Positions 24,491 through 35,760 of a stretch of DNA of 64,000 bases are shown one piece after another. A program made the translations under genes and the position numbers. Under the pieces are notes generated by a model. That model saw only the letters and a program-made list of their open reading frames with translations. It was not told where the DNA came from and ran no database searches. Source of the DNA: Squalus acanthias (Eukaryota); assembly GCA_030390025.1 (NCBI GenBank), contig CM059446.1:51336001-51400000 (forward strand), written 5' to 3'. The stretch's first letter is position 1. The number at the start of each line of letters is the position of its first letter.

Positions 24491-27356
24491 AATATTAATT
24501 TAACACAATATCAGTTCATCTGAACAAGAAGAGCCCCTTGAATTGGAAGCGAGGAGTGTCGAATAATGAGTAGATTTCTGTTAGACATTATTGGGTAATT
24601 GGCATGGCAGATCTGAGTTGCATAACGTTACAGCCTCCAGATTTTATGTGATTTGAATTTGGTCTAAAGCAGTTCATCCAATGTAATTAATCGTTGCCTG
24701 ATGGGGCTCAGTTATATATGGAAATTACAAAACTGCAAAATCCCAGTATAGTTTTCTCTTATTTATTTTCTTTGTTCCGTACATTTATTTAATACATGAA
24801 CGCAATACTTTTATAGCTCTAAATTATTTCCTGCCTCCAACTGCAAATGGTGCCTGTTATGACCAAAATCCATGTTACACTTGCATCGTGACACACAATA
24901 ATGTTGACAGTTTTCTTCGTGCAATTCAAAAAAAACATCATTCCCAGTTGATCTCTAATAATGAATAAGTCTGTTGAATCACAAACTCACAAAATCCACC
25001 AGAGACACAGTGAAGCTGTTGTGAGAAGTACGATAATGATCCCGAGAATTCTAATAACTCCCTGCTCCTGCTAAAACATTGCACTGAATGGTTTTAGAAA
25101 TACCTAGACAATTACAACTAGTTATTTGAAGCAGCCATTTTGTATCTAATTGATTGCAACCAAGAGTATTCAACACCTCAATGTGGCTCTCAGAAGATTA
25201 TAAAAACGCCAAATAATCAAATAGTTTTTAATCTAATAAACAATTCTCAATTGATACCTGCTTAAAATCACAGCAGAACCTTCTCATTTGGGCGAAAGTG
25301 ATTGGATTTCAATTGTGCAGCTTAGAGATTCTTTTTAAGATGCAGGCTTGAAGTTGGGTTTGGAACGAGCTGCGCTGACCACTGGTTCTCTTGATAAAGG
25401 TGCATTGTAACCTGCAGTTGTCAATCTGGCGAGTATTAATCCTGGCAGCGCGCTGCAGTGTCTGATTTTAAAACGCGAAAATAAGACATTGTTTAGCTCT
25501 TTTACTTTTATGGAAACTTTAAATAACCTAAAATAAATTGTGTTCCATGCGGTGTCCGGCCTCGGCACCTTGGATGTGTTGGGATGCACGATTTGTTGCA
25601 AGTGATGTCGGATTTAGTTACGAGTGGATTTGTCTTACTTTAAGGATCACCAATGAGGTGTTGATGTTGCCTAGGCGAACACTGTTTTTTGAATCAATTG
25701 ACCTTACGGTGTTGGCCCATATCTCACTGATTGTTCAATGATGTACTTTTGAATATTTTTTTTAACGAAACAAAGTTGTTTTCAGCAGTTGGGAGATTTA
25801 TAAATTTATATTCGGGGGGAAAAACAGAGAGAATTATTGATTAATCTGCCGTCTATTAAATTACCCCTATGTGACTTGGTCAAGAATTGGGGTTATATAG
25901 AAAGGCAGCAGTGAGCAGTTTAAATACAGAACCAGGCTTGACGATTTTTCAGAATTGGAAAAAAAGGAAATCGTTTTATTAGACTGCAGGAATAATTTGA
26001 AAAAGAAAATCAATGGTTACAGCTATATATTGAAATAAAAAAGATGAATGTGTATTTGTTGTAGAATAGAAACTTATCTAGATCCATTGGATTGAGAGAT
26101 TTCTATGGGAAACCGGACTGGGATATTCTGTAAGAGTCAGAGGAACTGTTGCCTCGTCACAAGGCAACTGCATCAAAAAGTTCCAGACGATTTGGATCGA
26201 ATCATTTCCACCTGCCTGTATCATAAAAATGAATGAATCGAACCGATCTGGTTTGTCAAACCACCCCTCCCCAAAAAGCAGGTCTCAAACCATCCGAGGC
26301 AAACGATTTCGGATTTAGACATCGATGGGACAAAGCAATGTAATCGGATTTGAACCGTGGGCTCAATCCGCAATATATATATATATAAATCTTCAGTAAA
26401 TGCTGGCAAGCAGACGGGGTTTTTTTAATATAAAAAAGGCTAGGATCATTTTGTTAGGATTCTTTTTCTTTCAAATAAAATGATCAAGCTAATTATGAAA
26501 AGTAATTTTTTTATCAAGATGATAATACATGTTTATTTCTGTGAAATAAATCAATGATGATAATACTGGAATGTCAGAAGAGCTGTAGATCAGATCAGTT
26601 TACTCGGTGCTTTTCCTGTGCATGTAATTTTTTAATGTGTAATGAATTGATGTTGATTTCCTTAAAATCGAAACAGAAATCTCGTCTTTGCAATAATGAT
26701 AAAAATGCTGGTTTGAAGCGAGATTGGAAAAGTTTTTAGGAAAAGCTAAAATTTAAAATAGCAGTGTTTCTGAGCTGACTAATTGAAGAATCAGAGGAAA
26801 CATTTAAAGAGAGACTAAACTGGGCCTGACGACGGGCAGAAAAACGGTTCCAGTTTGCTATCTCTCCCCTTCCAATAAAAGGGGGCAACTTGTTGTTAAA
26901 CTTTAGAAATACTTTAATTTCCTGTGTAAATCTGGTAATAAAATGCCACGTTTCCATTATGTAAGTTTAAAATAAGGAGAGGCAACAACCACTTAAGCAT
27001 TGGCGGTGCAATAGAGCTGCTCTACAGTATTCTCTGAAAATAGTTTTTCCAATTACACCTGGGTGTATTTTTCTGTTTTGGTGTCAGACTTTCTATAATA
27101 AAGGAGTAACAGCCCCTCCACATTCCCAACCACCAAACTAAACTGAGGCGTTGTATCAGGTTAAGACAGATGAGTTAAAAAGCGAGTGAGGACAATGCTG
27201 GCAAAGAGAACAGAAGATTTCGGTGTTACCCCCACGCATCAAAAGATAAGTAAGGTCTTGGCGTTTTAACTAGCTGATTTTATATAAATGCAATTTTTAT
27301 ATACATTTCTCGTGGAAAACGCCATTTGAAAATATGGACACATATATAGAGGTTTA

Positions 27357-27388
<32 letters not shown>
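27357..27388. repeat. (CTAT)8 microsatellite
   Basis: Perfect tetranucleotide run. Confidence 0.95.
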
Positions 27389-29219
27389 GTGTATATAATA
27401 TATATATATTTCTAAATCCAAATTTGTGTATACGTATCCCAAAAGCTAACACCTAGAGATCTATTTGATTCAAAAATACCTATCTACACAATTATAATTC
27501 TGCATAAACTCCAAACGAATTTCAAAACCCCCCTCCACTTTTCTAATTTTGCATTTAATTCGGATCCTAAACTGTTCAGATGCACTCTTTCAGCCAGGTT
27601 AAGACCAGGACGGGAGATTTAGTGTATAAAGGTTATGACGCAGGTAAACAGGTTATTTTCTGCTTATCTCCCACCTATATTTAGAAGATTTGATATTCTG
27701 GGGTCGTCATAACTTGAAATAAAATAAAATTAAGTGACTCCCACGACTAACCACTAATCCTGGGTTAACTCCAGCCAGCAGATACACAGGAACCGCTCAT
27801 TAACGAGCCGGTGAAAAATTCTCTGTAAACCCAAATGCAGTACATTTGTTACATTATTTTATGAATTATTATTATTTAAACAGCAAAAAATTCCCGCTTT
27901 TCTCTTTATAGGTCATATCAAGTTCAAGTACAGTTCATTGCTGTTTGTAACACAGAATTATTCAATTCTAACATGAATTAATTTTGAAACAATAATTCCA
28001 CATCTCTGGGCGAACGCAGGCTATAGATGTCTAATATTCTTTGCAAAAAATCACAAAGATTTATTGTGTATTTAATATCCCTACCTTGTTCCTATTTTAA
28101 TTTTACTTTCCATATTTCTATGGAAACTGGAGAATATTTGCAATAGCAGCAAAATATAGGAGAGCAATCAGAACCAGAGTGTGCTTGATTATTTTAACCA
28201 CAATGTGAAGCATTCAGTGGATTGGAAGATGCAGCCCAGAAATATGCAGATAAGAGAACAAAAAGGCGTTCGAATTTTCAATTTCCGTGTACTTTTCGGG
28301 TTCCCACTTAAATTGCAGTCGATGTTGTTCCTAGTTACTTACTGGATCTGGTTTACTTTGCGAAAGAAATATACGCTAATTGCCCAGGCTGAAAATGAAT
28401 AGCGGGTACACGGCTTGTGGCTTACACTGTAGTTCCACGATTTTTATTTTTGAGTAAGCTCTTTTGTAGCCGAGCTCTGGGGATTCTTCAGGGAATCCAA
28501 GCCGAGTACTCTAATTGTAGACCGTGTATAATGAGCCTGTTCATTTGCCAGTAAAGTCCATTTGCAAATCCCATTCTGGAACCTTTTACTGCCATAGGGC
28601 GAAGTGGCGAAAAGGAATTAAGTGAACGGTACAGATTCGCGAGGATCTTTTATTGTATGGGTTATAACATATGCGAATAATTTGTAATTGCAGCAATAAA
28701 ATAAAACATATATTTTAAAATTAAAAGAACGGTGACTGTATCGTGTGTTGTTAGAATTCGGTAGTGCTTGGAATCTGACTAGTTCCATGCAATCTTGAAC
28801 ACGAAATAATCAATCAACTTTGTTTTTTCATAACGGCACGTAACTATAATTAAGAATGAGATTCGTGCTAAATATTTTTTGCCGGATTAGCCAGTAAATA
28901 GTGATTCTGGCTGCAGTCTGTGTGGTTCCTTCGTTTTTGTCTCTGCCTATGGCTGGATTTAGACACAGGAAATCATTTAATGCTTAAAGTGAATTGAGGT
29001 TTGAATTTAATTTGAAATCTCCCACCACTGGCCCTTGGCTCCTGATTGGTTAAAAATATTCATTCTTAATATTTGAATTGTGGAATTTCTTACGGCAATC
29101 CCACTTCCTGCATTCTCATCTATGGGAGATCGTTTTAATCTGATACCCTTTAAGCTCCAAAGGTTCAGTTACTGAATTGTGACAGACTCAATTTGAATTG
29201 GAGGTAATTTCTGAAAGCA

Positions 29220-29345
29220 AAAAGGGCGGGAAATCTTTGTGATTTGAATAAGGCTGGTGGAAGACTGGGATTGGCTGGCGTTGTAGTTCCGTCACCACTG
29301 AAAGACCAATTAGCATGTGAATAGCAGTGGATCTTGTGTGTGAGT
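29220..29345 (+). promoter_or_regulatory. Candidate proximal promoter P3
   Basis: GC box at 29224-29229; ATTGG at 29270-29274; ACTACA-type (ZNF143-associated) motif on the minus strand at 29282-29290; half-CRE CGTCA at 29290-29294; CCAAT at 29306-29310; ~300 bp upstream of the hairpin. Confidence 0.55.
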
Positions 29346-29598
29346 GCGAGAGAGAGAGAGCGCTCTCTCAGGCTGTGGGAGACTCAGATCAGATCATGGC
29401 TTGAATGCAAACATGCTCAGCTCCGTTCGTGCTAAGCGTCTCCCCCCTGAACCTGCCCAAAGCCCAGGGAGAACCGAGCTCGCAAAGGGAGAGGTGCGAG
29501 GAGCCGCCAGTTGCTTGTTGCTGATATTCTCTCTCCCTTCTTTGATGACAGATGGAAAATCTTCTTGACCCCCTCTTCCACCGCCTGAGATGTGGAGC

Positions 29599-29687
29599 GG
29601 AAGTTGGCTGCTGTCTTTGGTTATCTAGCTGTATGAGTATTGCTGATCCATCATAAAGCTAGATAACCGAAAGTAGAAACCACTTCC
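29599..29687 (+). ncRNA. mir-9: microRNA-9 precursor hairpin
   Basis: Exact miR-9-5p TCTTTGGTTATCTAGCTGTATGA (29614-29636) and miR-9-3p ATAAAGCTAGATAACCGAAAGT (29653-29674), 16 nt apart; lower stem GGAAG/CTTCC; CNNC (CTTC) at 29692-29695, 18 nt after the 3p end. Confidence 0.99.
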
Positions 29688-30420
29688 ACAGCTTCGAGGA
29701 GAGAGAGATCGAATAAACGATGACGAAAATGCAAAGAAAGAGTCAGAAAAGAAAACTCATCGCCACAGTTATTAGATCGACTAGAGACAATACCAAAAAG
29801 GAGCATGGGCCGCGAAGCAACGTGAGTATGATCTCCCTTTACATAAGATTAACAACTCTTGATTTTCTAAAGTCTCTCGATTGCAGAGACCTATTGCTGG
29901 TTTTGCAACGCTAACTGTGATGTTATTTGAAACCGAGCACATTGTGAAGCACCACAGCCGACTCGATGCAGCAATGCAATCTTAAATTGTTTTCCCCCCT
30001 ACGATTTATCATATCAAGAGAGCACATTGGTTGGGCGTCTTAAAATCCGCTGTGCATATCTCAGGGTTCATAGTAATTGTTTAATGCGAGGGGCTCACCA
30101 AAGACAGCTCTCTGGTTTAAATAGATTAAACATTCCTTTATTAGATTACACTCAAAACCCAACCGGCGCGGAATGTGCAGTCAGATTAGCATTCCAGACT
30201 TTTTGATTGGGTTTAAGGTTGGCCCCTTTAAGAGGTCAAGTTCTCGATAATTTGGTCACTTTTCAGGCAACGGTGGCAGCTGTTTGCTGCTGGCCTCTGG
30301 GTATCCAGGAACGGTGAAGTGGAGCAGAAATAACGCCAACTTTTCTTTATTTTCATTTGGAAGGAGGCGGGGGCTGTCAGGGACCCTCAGTCCCATCTCC
30401 ATCACAGACAGACCACATTG

Positions 30421-30460
30421 GGAGCTGTCCATTCAAATCCGCCAGTGACATGGTGCTGAA
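30421..30460 (-). promoter_or_regulatory. Split RE1/NRSE-like element
   Basis: Minus strand reads TTCAGCACC - 21 nt - GGACAGCTCC; both halves match the REST consensus, but the canonical spacer is 2 nt. Confidence 0.4.
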
Positions 30461-32819
30461 TTCTAATGAGATGTCCACTTTGCGACGAGCAGTCCTCGCT
30501 CCGTCTGTCTCATTTTCGCTCTTTTTTTTCCGGCCCTCCAAAATGCCACCTAATATCTGACCTAATCCTGTGAGGGCTATAATCACCCCGCTCCATCACA
30601 GTCAATGTCGGAATTCAGCACTTTCCAGGACACACACTGCATGGCTATAGCAAATGCTCTTTCTAAACTTTAAGATTAATTTTACAATTATTTAAAATTA
30701 AAATGGAATACAAACCCTCCTGCTTAGATTATAAACAGTCTTTAGACGATTTTACAATGCTAAATGTATTTTAAATAAAAAATAATATCGCAAATAAAAA
30801 TAAAATAAGTATAGACATTAACATAAGCGAGTTAGTAGGAGAGATTCTAAAACACTTTTTTCAAAGGTCAAATACCGATATGGAATTTGTGTGATGGAAG
30901 TATATAATATATATAATATAATTTCACAGTATTTGTACTGGTGGATTAATATAATGTTGGTTTGAAATATAAATTTGGCAACGGTTTTACATCTTCCATA
31001 GACTTTTTGTGAAATTTGGACTAGTTATTCTCAGGGTGGTAGGGCGGTGGGGAATGTCTTAAATAGGACGTTTTGCTCCGGGGCTGGGACCCGTAAATCA
31101 CCAGACAACACAAGTGTCTGGGTCAATCTGTCTTCAGACTGGTGAGAGGGCAGTATTTCTTCCACTGATCCGGTCACTCGGTCACACAGTGAGTCACTCC
31201 ACTCAGCTTGATCCAAAACTTGATTTTGAATTTTGATAAGGGTTCAAGTGCCTCTCTTTCTGCTCACTCATCACTCAATCTTTTTTCTATTGCCCACACT
31301 TTTTCTTTGCCCGGAGAATACTGACTGATTACGAGGGGCCCATTTAAGAGGGGCTTTGGAATATTTCCAATTTAAGATTAATTTTCTTTGTATATGTAAA
31401 CTAACACTGGAATAAACAGACCAATATGCGGGTTCAATAGCAAGAACTGGGGCCGGATAAATGTCCCCATTTACACGGCTGAAGATCTGCGAGTAACCCA
31501 GGCAGGCCTTCCCCACTGTACGGTCAGGGAGCCTGTTCAAGACACTCTATGGGGAGGGGCGGGGAGCAACAAAAAAATGCTCACGTAGAATCGTATCCCA
31601 ACCAGCACTCGACCATACCTCTCAATTAGTCAACCTGAAAGACAATTCCAAACTATTGGAAACTCAACTCTAATCATCTATCGGTCATCCCATCTATTTA
31701 TCCCAATGTTGTAGAACTGGCACATGAACTGTCTTGATGATCAAGGAAAGGCATATAGTACCTTGTGAGTCAGGGAAGTTGGTTGTAAAGGTAGCCTTGC
31801 CTCACACATACCCACAGGCACTGCCCTGAAACACTTTCTTGAAGTTCAATATCCCATTGTTTGACACTGGGTTTGATAATCCATCTGCGACTGGTGTGTC
31901 TTTGGTGGAATTGGATGTGCTTTTATAAGTTGCTGTTGAAAGGGCAACATTTTCATTTTTAGCCAGGGATTTAACTGAAATATGTTTTTAATTGAAGTCT
32001 TTAAATAGAAATGTGTTGCTGTTATGATCACCTTGTTTATTCGGAGAGGTTGTACATTGATGTATTAAAATGACCACAACATGGGCTTGCCCTGATGGTC
32101 CTGCCGTGTTACTGAGCCACAGAGTCGAATAAGGTTTGACCCCTTGGTCTGTGCTGGTCAAATGTTACTCTAACTTATAATTGAGATTGGTAGTAGATCG
32201 GGAGTAGAATACCTTCGAGAGCACAAATTGTTCACAATTTAATGGTGGGTTTGGGTTGCTATATGGGCAAAGGCCTGTGTGACTGGTGCAAATGGCTCTC
32301 TCTCCAATTATGTTTGGTCCTGAGTAGAAATGGAGTGCATATACGGAGCTGGATGTTAAGTTGAATACCGGCTGCCCACTGAACTGGATTAGGGCAGAGT
32401 GCTTATTCACCAAGGACCATTCTGGTCTGGACTGAATGGGGTCTCCATTTAAATGGGGGTAAAGGTGAGGTTTTAGCAGAGCAATGTGTGTTTTTGCACA
32501 GCCTGGTTTTGTTTTAAGCTGCAGATTCTTGATGTTATTTGCTTTCATTGTAAATTTATTATCAGCTCCTGTTCTCTTATAATAACTCCCCCCACCACCC
32601 GTTTCACAATGACCGAGATGACACAATGAAAGAGAATGTTTGGCTCTGTGAAACCTGGACGTTGAATGTGTCAAATGTGGAGAAAGCTATTTCATTAAAC
32701 ACTTGATCCATTGGCAAACATTTTCAGTGTCTTTAGATCTGGGCAGAGTTTACTCTATAATTAACAATTAAGATTTAATTTGGGAAAATAATGCAACCTG
32801 TGATAACTGTGTGACATTG

Positions 32820-32960
32820 AAGCACACAGATCAGGAAAGTCTGTGCTGAACGAACTAATCTCAGGTTGGGTGCTACAATTGGCTTTACATGGAAGGGTTC
32901 TCACCTCTGATCACCATCCCCTGGTCCCTGTTGGACAGTGCTAAAGTTGGCTGAGACTAG
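32820..32960 (+). mobile_element. AmnSINE2-like SINE fragment
   Basis: gtctgtgctga...atctcag...ctacaattggc...ctgatcaccatcc...ccctgttgga; a related head fragment lies at ~32100-32160. Confidence 0.55.
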
Positions 32961-33130
32961 GAATCTTTCCCAGCAAAACTCAGCACCTTAAAGAAAGGAG
33001 GAGGAAAATTAGCTTACAGAAAAACACTGATAGAACATGTACAGCTGGGTCTAAATAGCTTTTAAAATATAACATGCACAGCAGATTAATTAGCTTCTGA
33101 AAGAGAAAAACAAAGTTAATGTTAAGATGG

Positions 33131-33235
33131 AGGTCTGATGAGGAGTCCCACCCAAAATGATAGCTTCTCTTCTCTTTCTCTTTCAGATGCTGACAGACTT
33201 TCTGTGTATTTTCAGTCCTCACAGTTTTTCTTTTT
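33131..33235 (+). mobile_element. Penelope-like terminal repeat relic with decayed hammerhead core
   Basis: CTGATGA at 33135-33141, then cccaaaatgatagc (~CCCGAAACGTTAGC with CpG decay) and cagatgctgacagact tail. Confidence 0.55.
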
Positions 33236-33854
33236 ACTTGAATATTTTTTGACAAATGTTGGGCTTATGAACCTTTTTTTAAGACATATTTATGATTTCT
33301 TTATTAATAGTCAAATCTGAAAATCCTAGAAACAGTTTTTCACAGTGAGTAGCTTATTTTCTGTCTAAATGTGACCTATTTTTTTTTAATGAAATGTTGG
33401 AACAAAAGCAGATTTGCTGGTCAATGGTGGTTGGATTATTGTGAGGACAGAGGGTCTTGACGTTGAGCATGGTGCCTCCAAAATGGAGCTGAATGAAAAA
33501 ATATTTATTTAATTAAATTAAATTAAATGTGGTTGCCCTGTGCATGTGTCCCTGTAGGACTGGTATAAATGGGTATACTCCCTGTCTCACTGCATGGAGG
33601 GTTTTATTTTTTAATTTTGCTTTATCATATTCAGTATCTGCTTTGATTTGTTTAATTTTCCTATCCCTCTCAATTCCAACCTTATTTCATTTTTAATAAT
33701 GGGATTTATTCTGTTTACCGTGACGATATAAAAAATCCATGCAAGGGTTCAGCTGGTTAATCCTGAAATGGTTTTGGACAGAACACACCACAAGTAGCTC
33801 AGATTAAAACAGATGCGATGTGTAACTACAGGACAGCACTGCTCTTTTTGTAAT

Positions 33855-33950
33855 GAAAACAGAAAATGCTGGAAAACCCTCAGCAGGTCAGGCAGCATCT
33901 GTGGAGAGAGAAACAGAGTTAACGTTCCAGGTCGATAACCTTTCATCAGA
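33855..33950 (-). mobile_element. Penelope-like terminal repeat relic with hammerhead core
   Basis: Minus strand: CTGATGA A AGGT TATCG ACCT GGAACGTT AACT...cagatgctgcctgacctgctgag...cagcattttctgtttt. Confidence 0.7.
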
Positions 33951-34099
33951 GCGCAGTACTTTTTTTGTCTTGGCTGGAATGATCAGTGTTGAAGAGGTTT
34001 TACAGTGCGAATTTAAATTTAAATGTTTTTAAAATGCATTTTAAAGCCTGATTTTTTTTTTTTGCTTGCACCCTCAAATCTTTTCCTTTTTAACCGTCA

Positions 34100-34500
34100 G
34101 GTTTTTTTCTGTCCTCGTTTGTTACTGCTAACACTTGCTGAGTTACAGTTCCACGAGCGTATGTTGCCCTCTGATAACTTAGCCAATTGGCTATTCTTCG
34201 GGTGCCTAGTGAATGTAGGCATGCCACAGCCAAACTTGCTCCTGCCCACATCCAGTGCCCACACACATGCCCTTTTCAGAAGGGGGAGGTGTCACCACAC
34301 AGCCATTAAGAGCAGGAATCCTACTCTGATTTTTCCTTTGGTTTTTGCACTCTCCACACAGGGGCAGAAACCAATTATAGTGCCCGAGTTTCTGCCCAGC
34401 TGAGATGATCTACCTCAGCACAGATCAGGACGGAGCCTGGCACTTCTGTTCTGCGTGACTCAGTAACACACCACAAGGTCACTTTTACCCATTAAACCGC
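34100..34500 (-). mobile_element. AmnSINE2-like SINE
   Basis: Colinear with 49005-49390 (cccagctgagatgatctacctcagcacagatc etc.). Confidence 0.6.
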
Positions 34501-35341
34501 CAACTCCTATAGCCAAATTTCTACCAGTTCTTAACTTACGAATTAAAACATACATGAGTGGGTCAGTAGCTGTGAATGGGCTTTCTTAATGCAATTTTGT
34601 GTTTTGGAATATTCCACCCTTCTGCTGCCCCCTCCCAGGGAAATATCATGTTCAAATTACTGAGTCATCCTCACCTCTAAGGACATGTTCACTTTCTCAA
34701 AATATACTGTTCCTCGTTGAGGTTCAGGTGAGCTGAATTAATTATTTTGCCAGTGCCTCCAGGATAGAATAAATTTGATGTTGGAAGTTAATCCAAGGCA
34801 ATAAAAAAAGTTAAAAAAAATGTAACAAAAATAAAATAATGAGACTTAATTTCAGCTCAGACTTAAAACATGATCAGAAATGGGTGGGGGAAACCTTCGA
34901 AAGGCAAACCTTTCAATGAATGCCAGCGAAACAGAGAAAATGAGCAAAATATCCACCCTTTATGGGTTTCATGTAAACCTCCTTGCTTTGTGATACAGAG
35001 AATACTATTTGGATAAGGGGAGGGTGGAGAGTGTCCTGGGAGTTGGGGAATTTGAGCACTCCAAATCCAGCTGGGAAGGTGTAAATTCAAGTACCAGGCC
35101 TGAACATGTCCTGGATTCACTTGGCTTGCTGCGATTAGATTAATTAATTTTCCATCTGATATACGGATGGATAATGCATGTGAGGAGGAAAGACAGGGCA
35201 ACTGTGGAGATGTCTGCAGCCCCAATTTTACTGTTCTCCCAACTGATGTAAATTGCCCAACAATGAACATTGTGAGAAAATGGGGCTTGAGAATCCTGTG
35301 TACACTTAGAATTGTTGAAGTATGATGCTAGCCTCACACTA

Positions 35342-35760
35342 GTGTCAACCTGACTCTGGTAGTGCTCTTGCCCCTGAATCAGAAGGTTGTGTATTCAAGC
35401 CCCACTCTAGGACATGAGCATGTAATCCAGGCTGATACTCTAGTCCAGTACTAAGGGTGTGCTGCACTGTGAGAGGTGCCTTTCCTTGGACAAAAAATGA
35501 ATCAAAGACCCTGTTTGACTCTTCCAGTTGTTAATGATTCTATGCAATCTTGGAAAAAGAGTTGGGAGTTCTCCCAGTATCATGACTAACATTCGTCTCA
35601 CAAGCAAGACCATTTAAAAGAAAATACTTTTTGCAAAATGGCTGCTGAATTTGCTTAAACAGCAATTTTTTCTCCAACAAGTCATTTATTGTATGTGAAG
35701 TGCTTTGAGATGTTTCTAACAGATGTGGTAAGGTGCCATATAAATGGTAGTCTTCTTTCA
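35342..35760 (+). mobile_element. DeuSINE, older decayed copy
   Basis: gaatcagaaggttgtgtattcaagcccc head, gtgctgcactg domain, gtgaagtgctttgagatg...ataaatggtagtctt tail. Confidence 0.75.

Larger units (their letters stand above)
18870..30820 (+). ncRNA. Inferred pri-miR-9 host lncRNA (candidate exons ~18870-19036, ~21110-21192, 29552-29821, ~30267-30820)
   Basis: Donors at 19037, 21193 and 29822; acceptors at 29550-29551 and 30265-30266; AATAAA cluster at 30774-30804. Structure inferred from splice signals only, with no transcript evidence. Confidence 0.4.

Noticed and set aside
32165-32674. 169-aa minus-strand ORF and other 60-150 aa ORFs across the window
   Set aside because: No domain similarity, splice-consistent exon chain or coding-like composition; lengths are consistent with chance.
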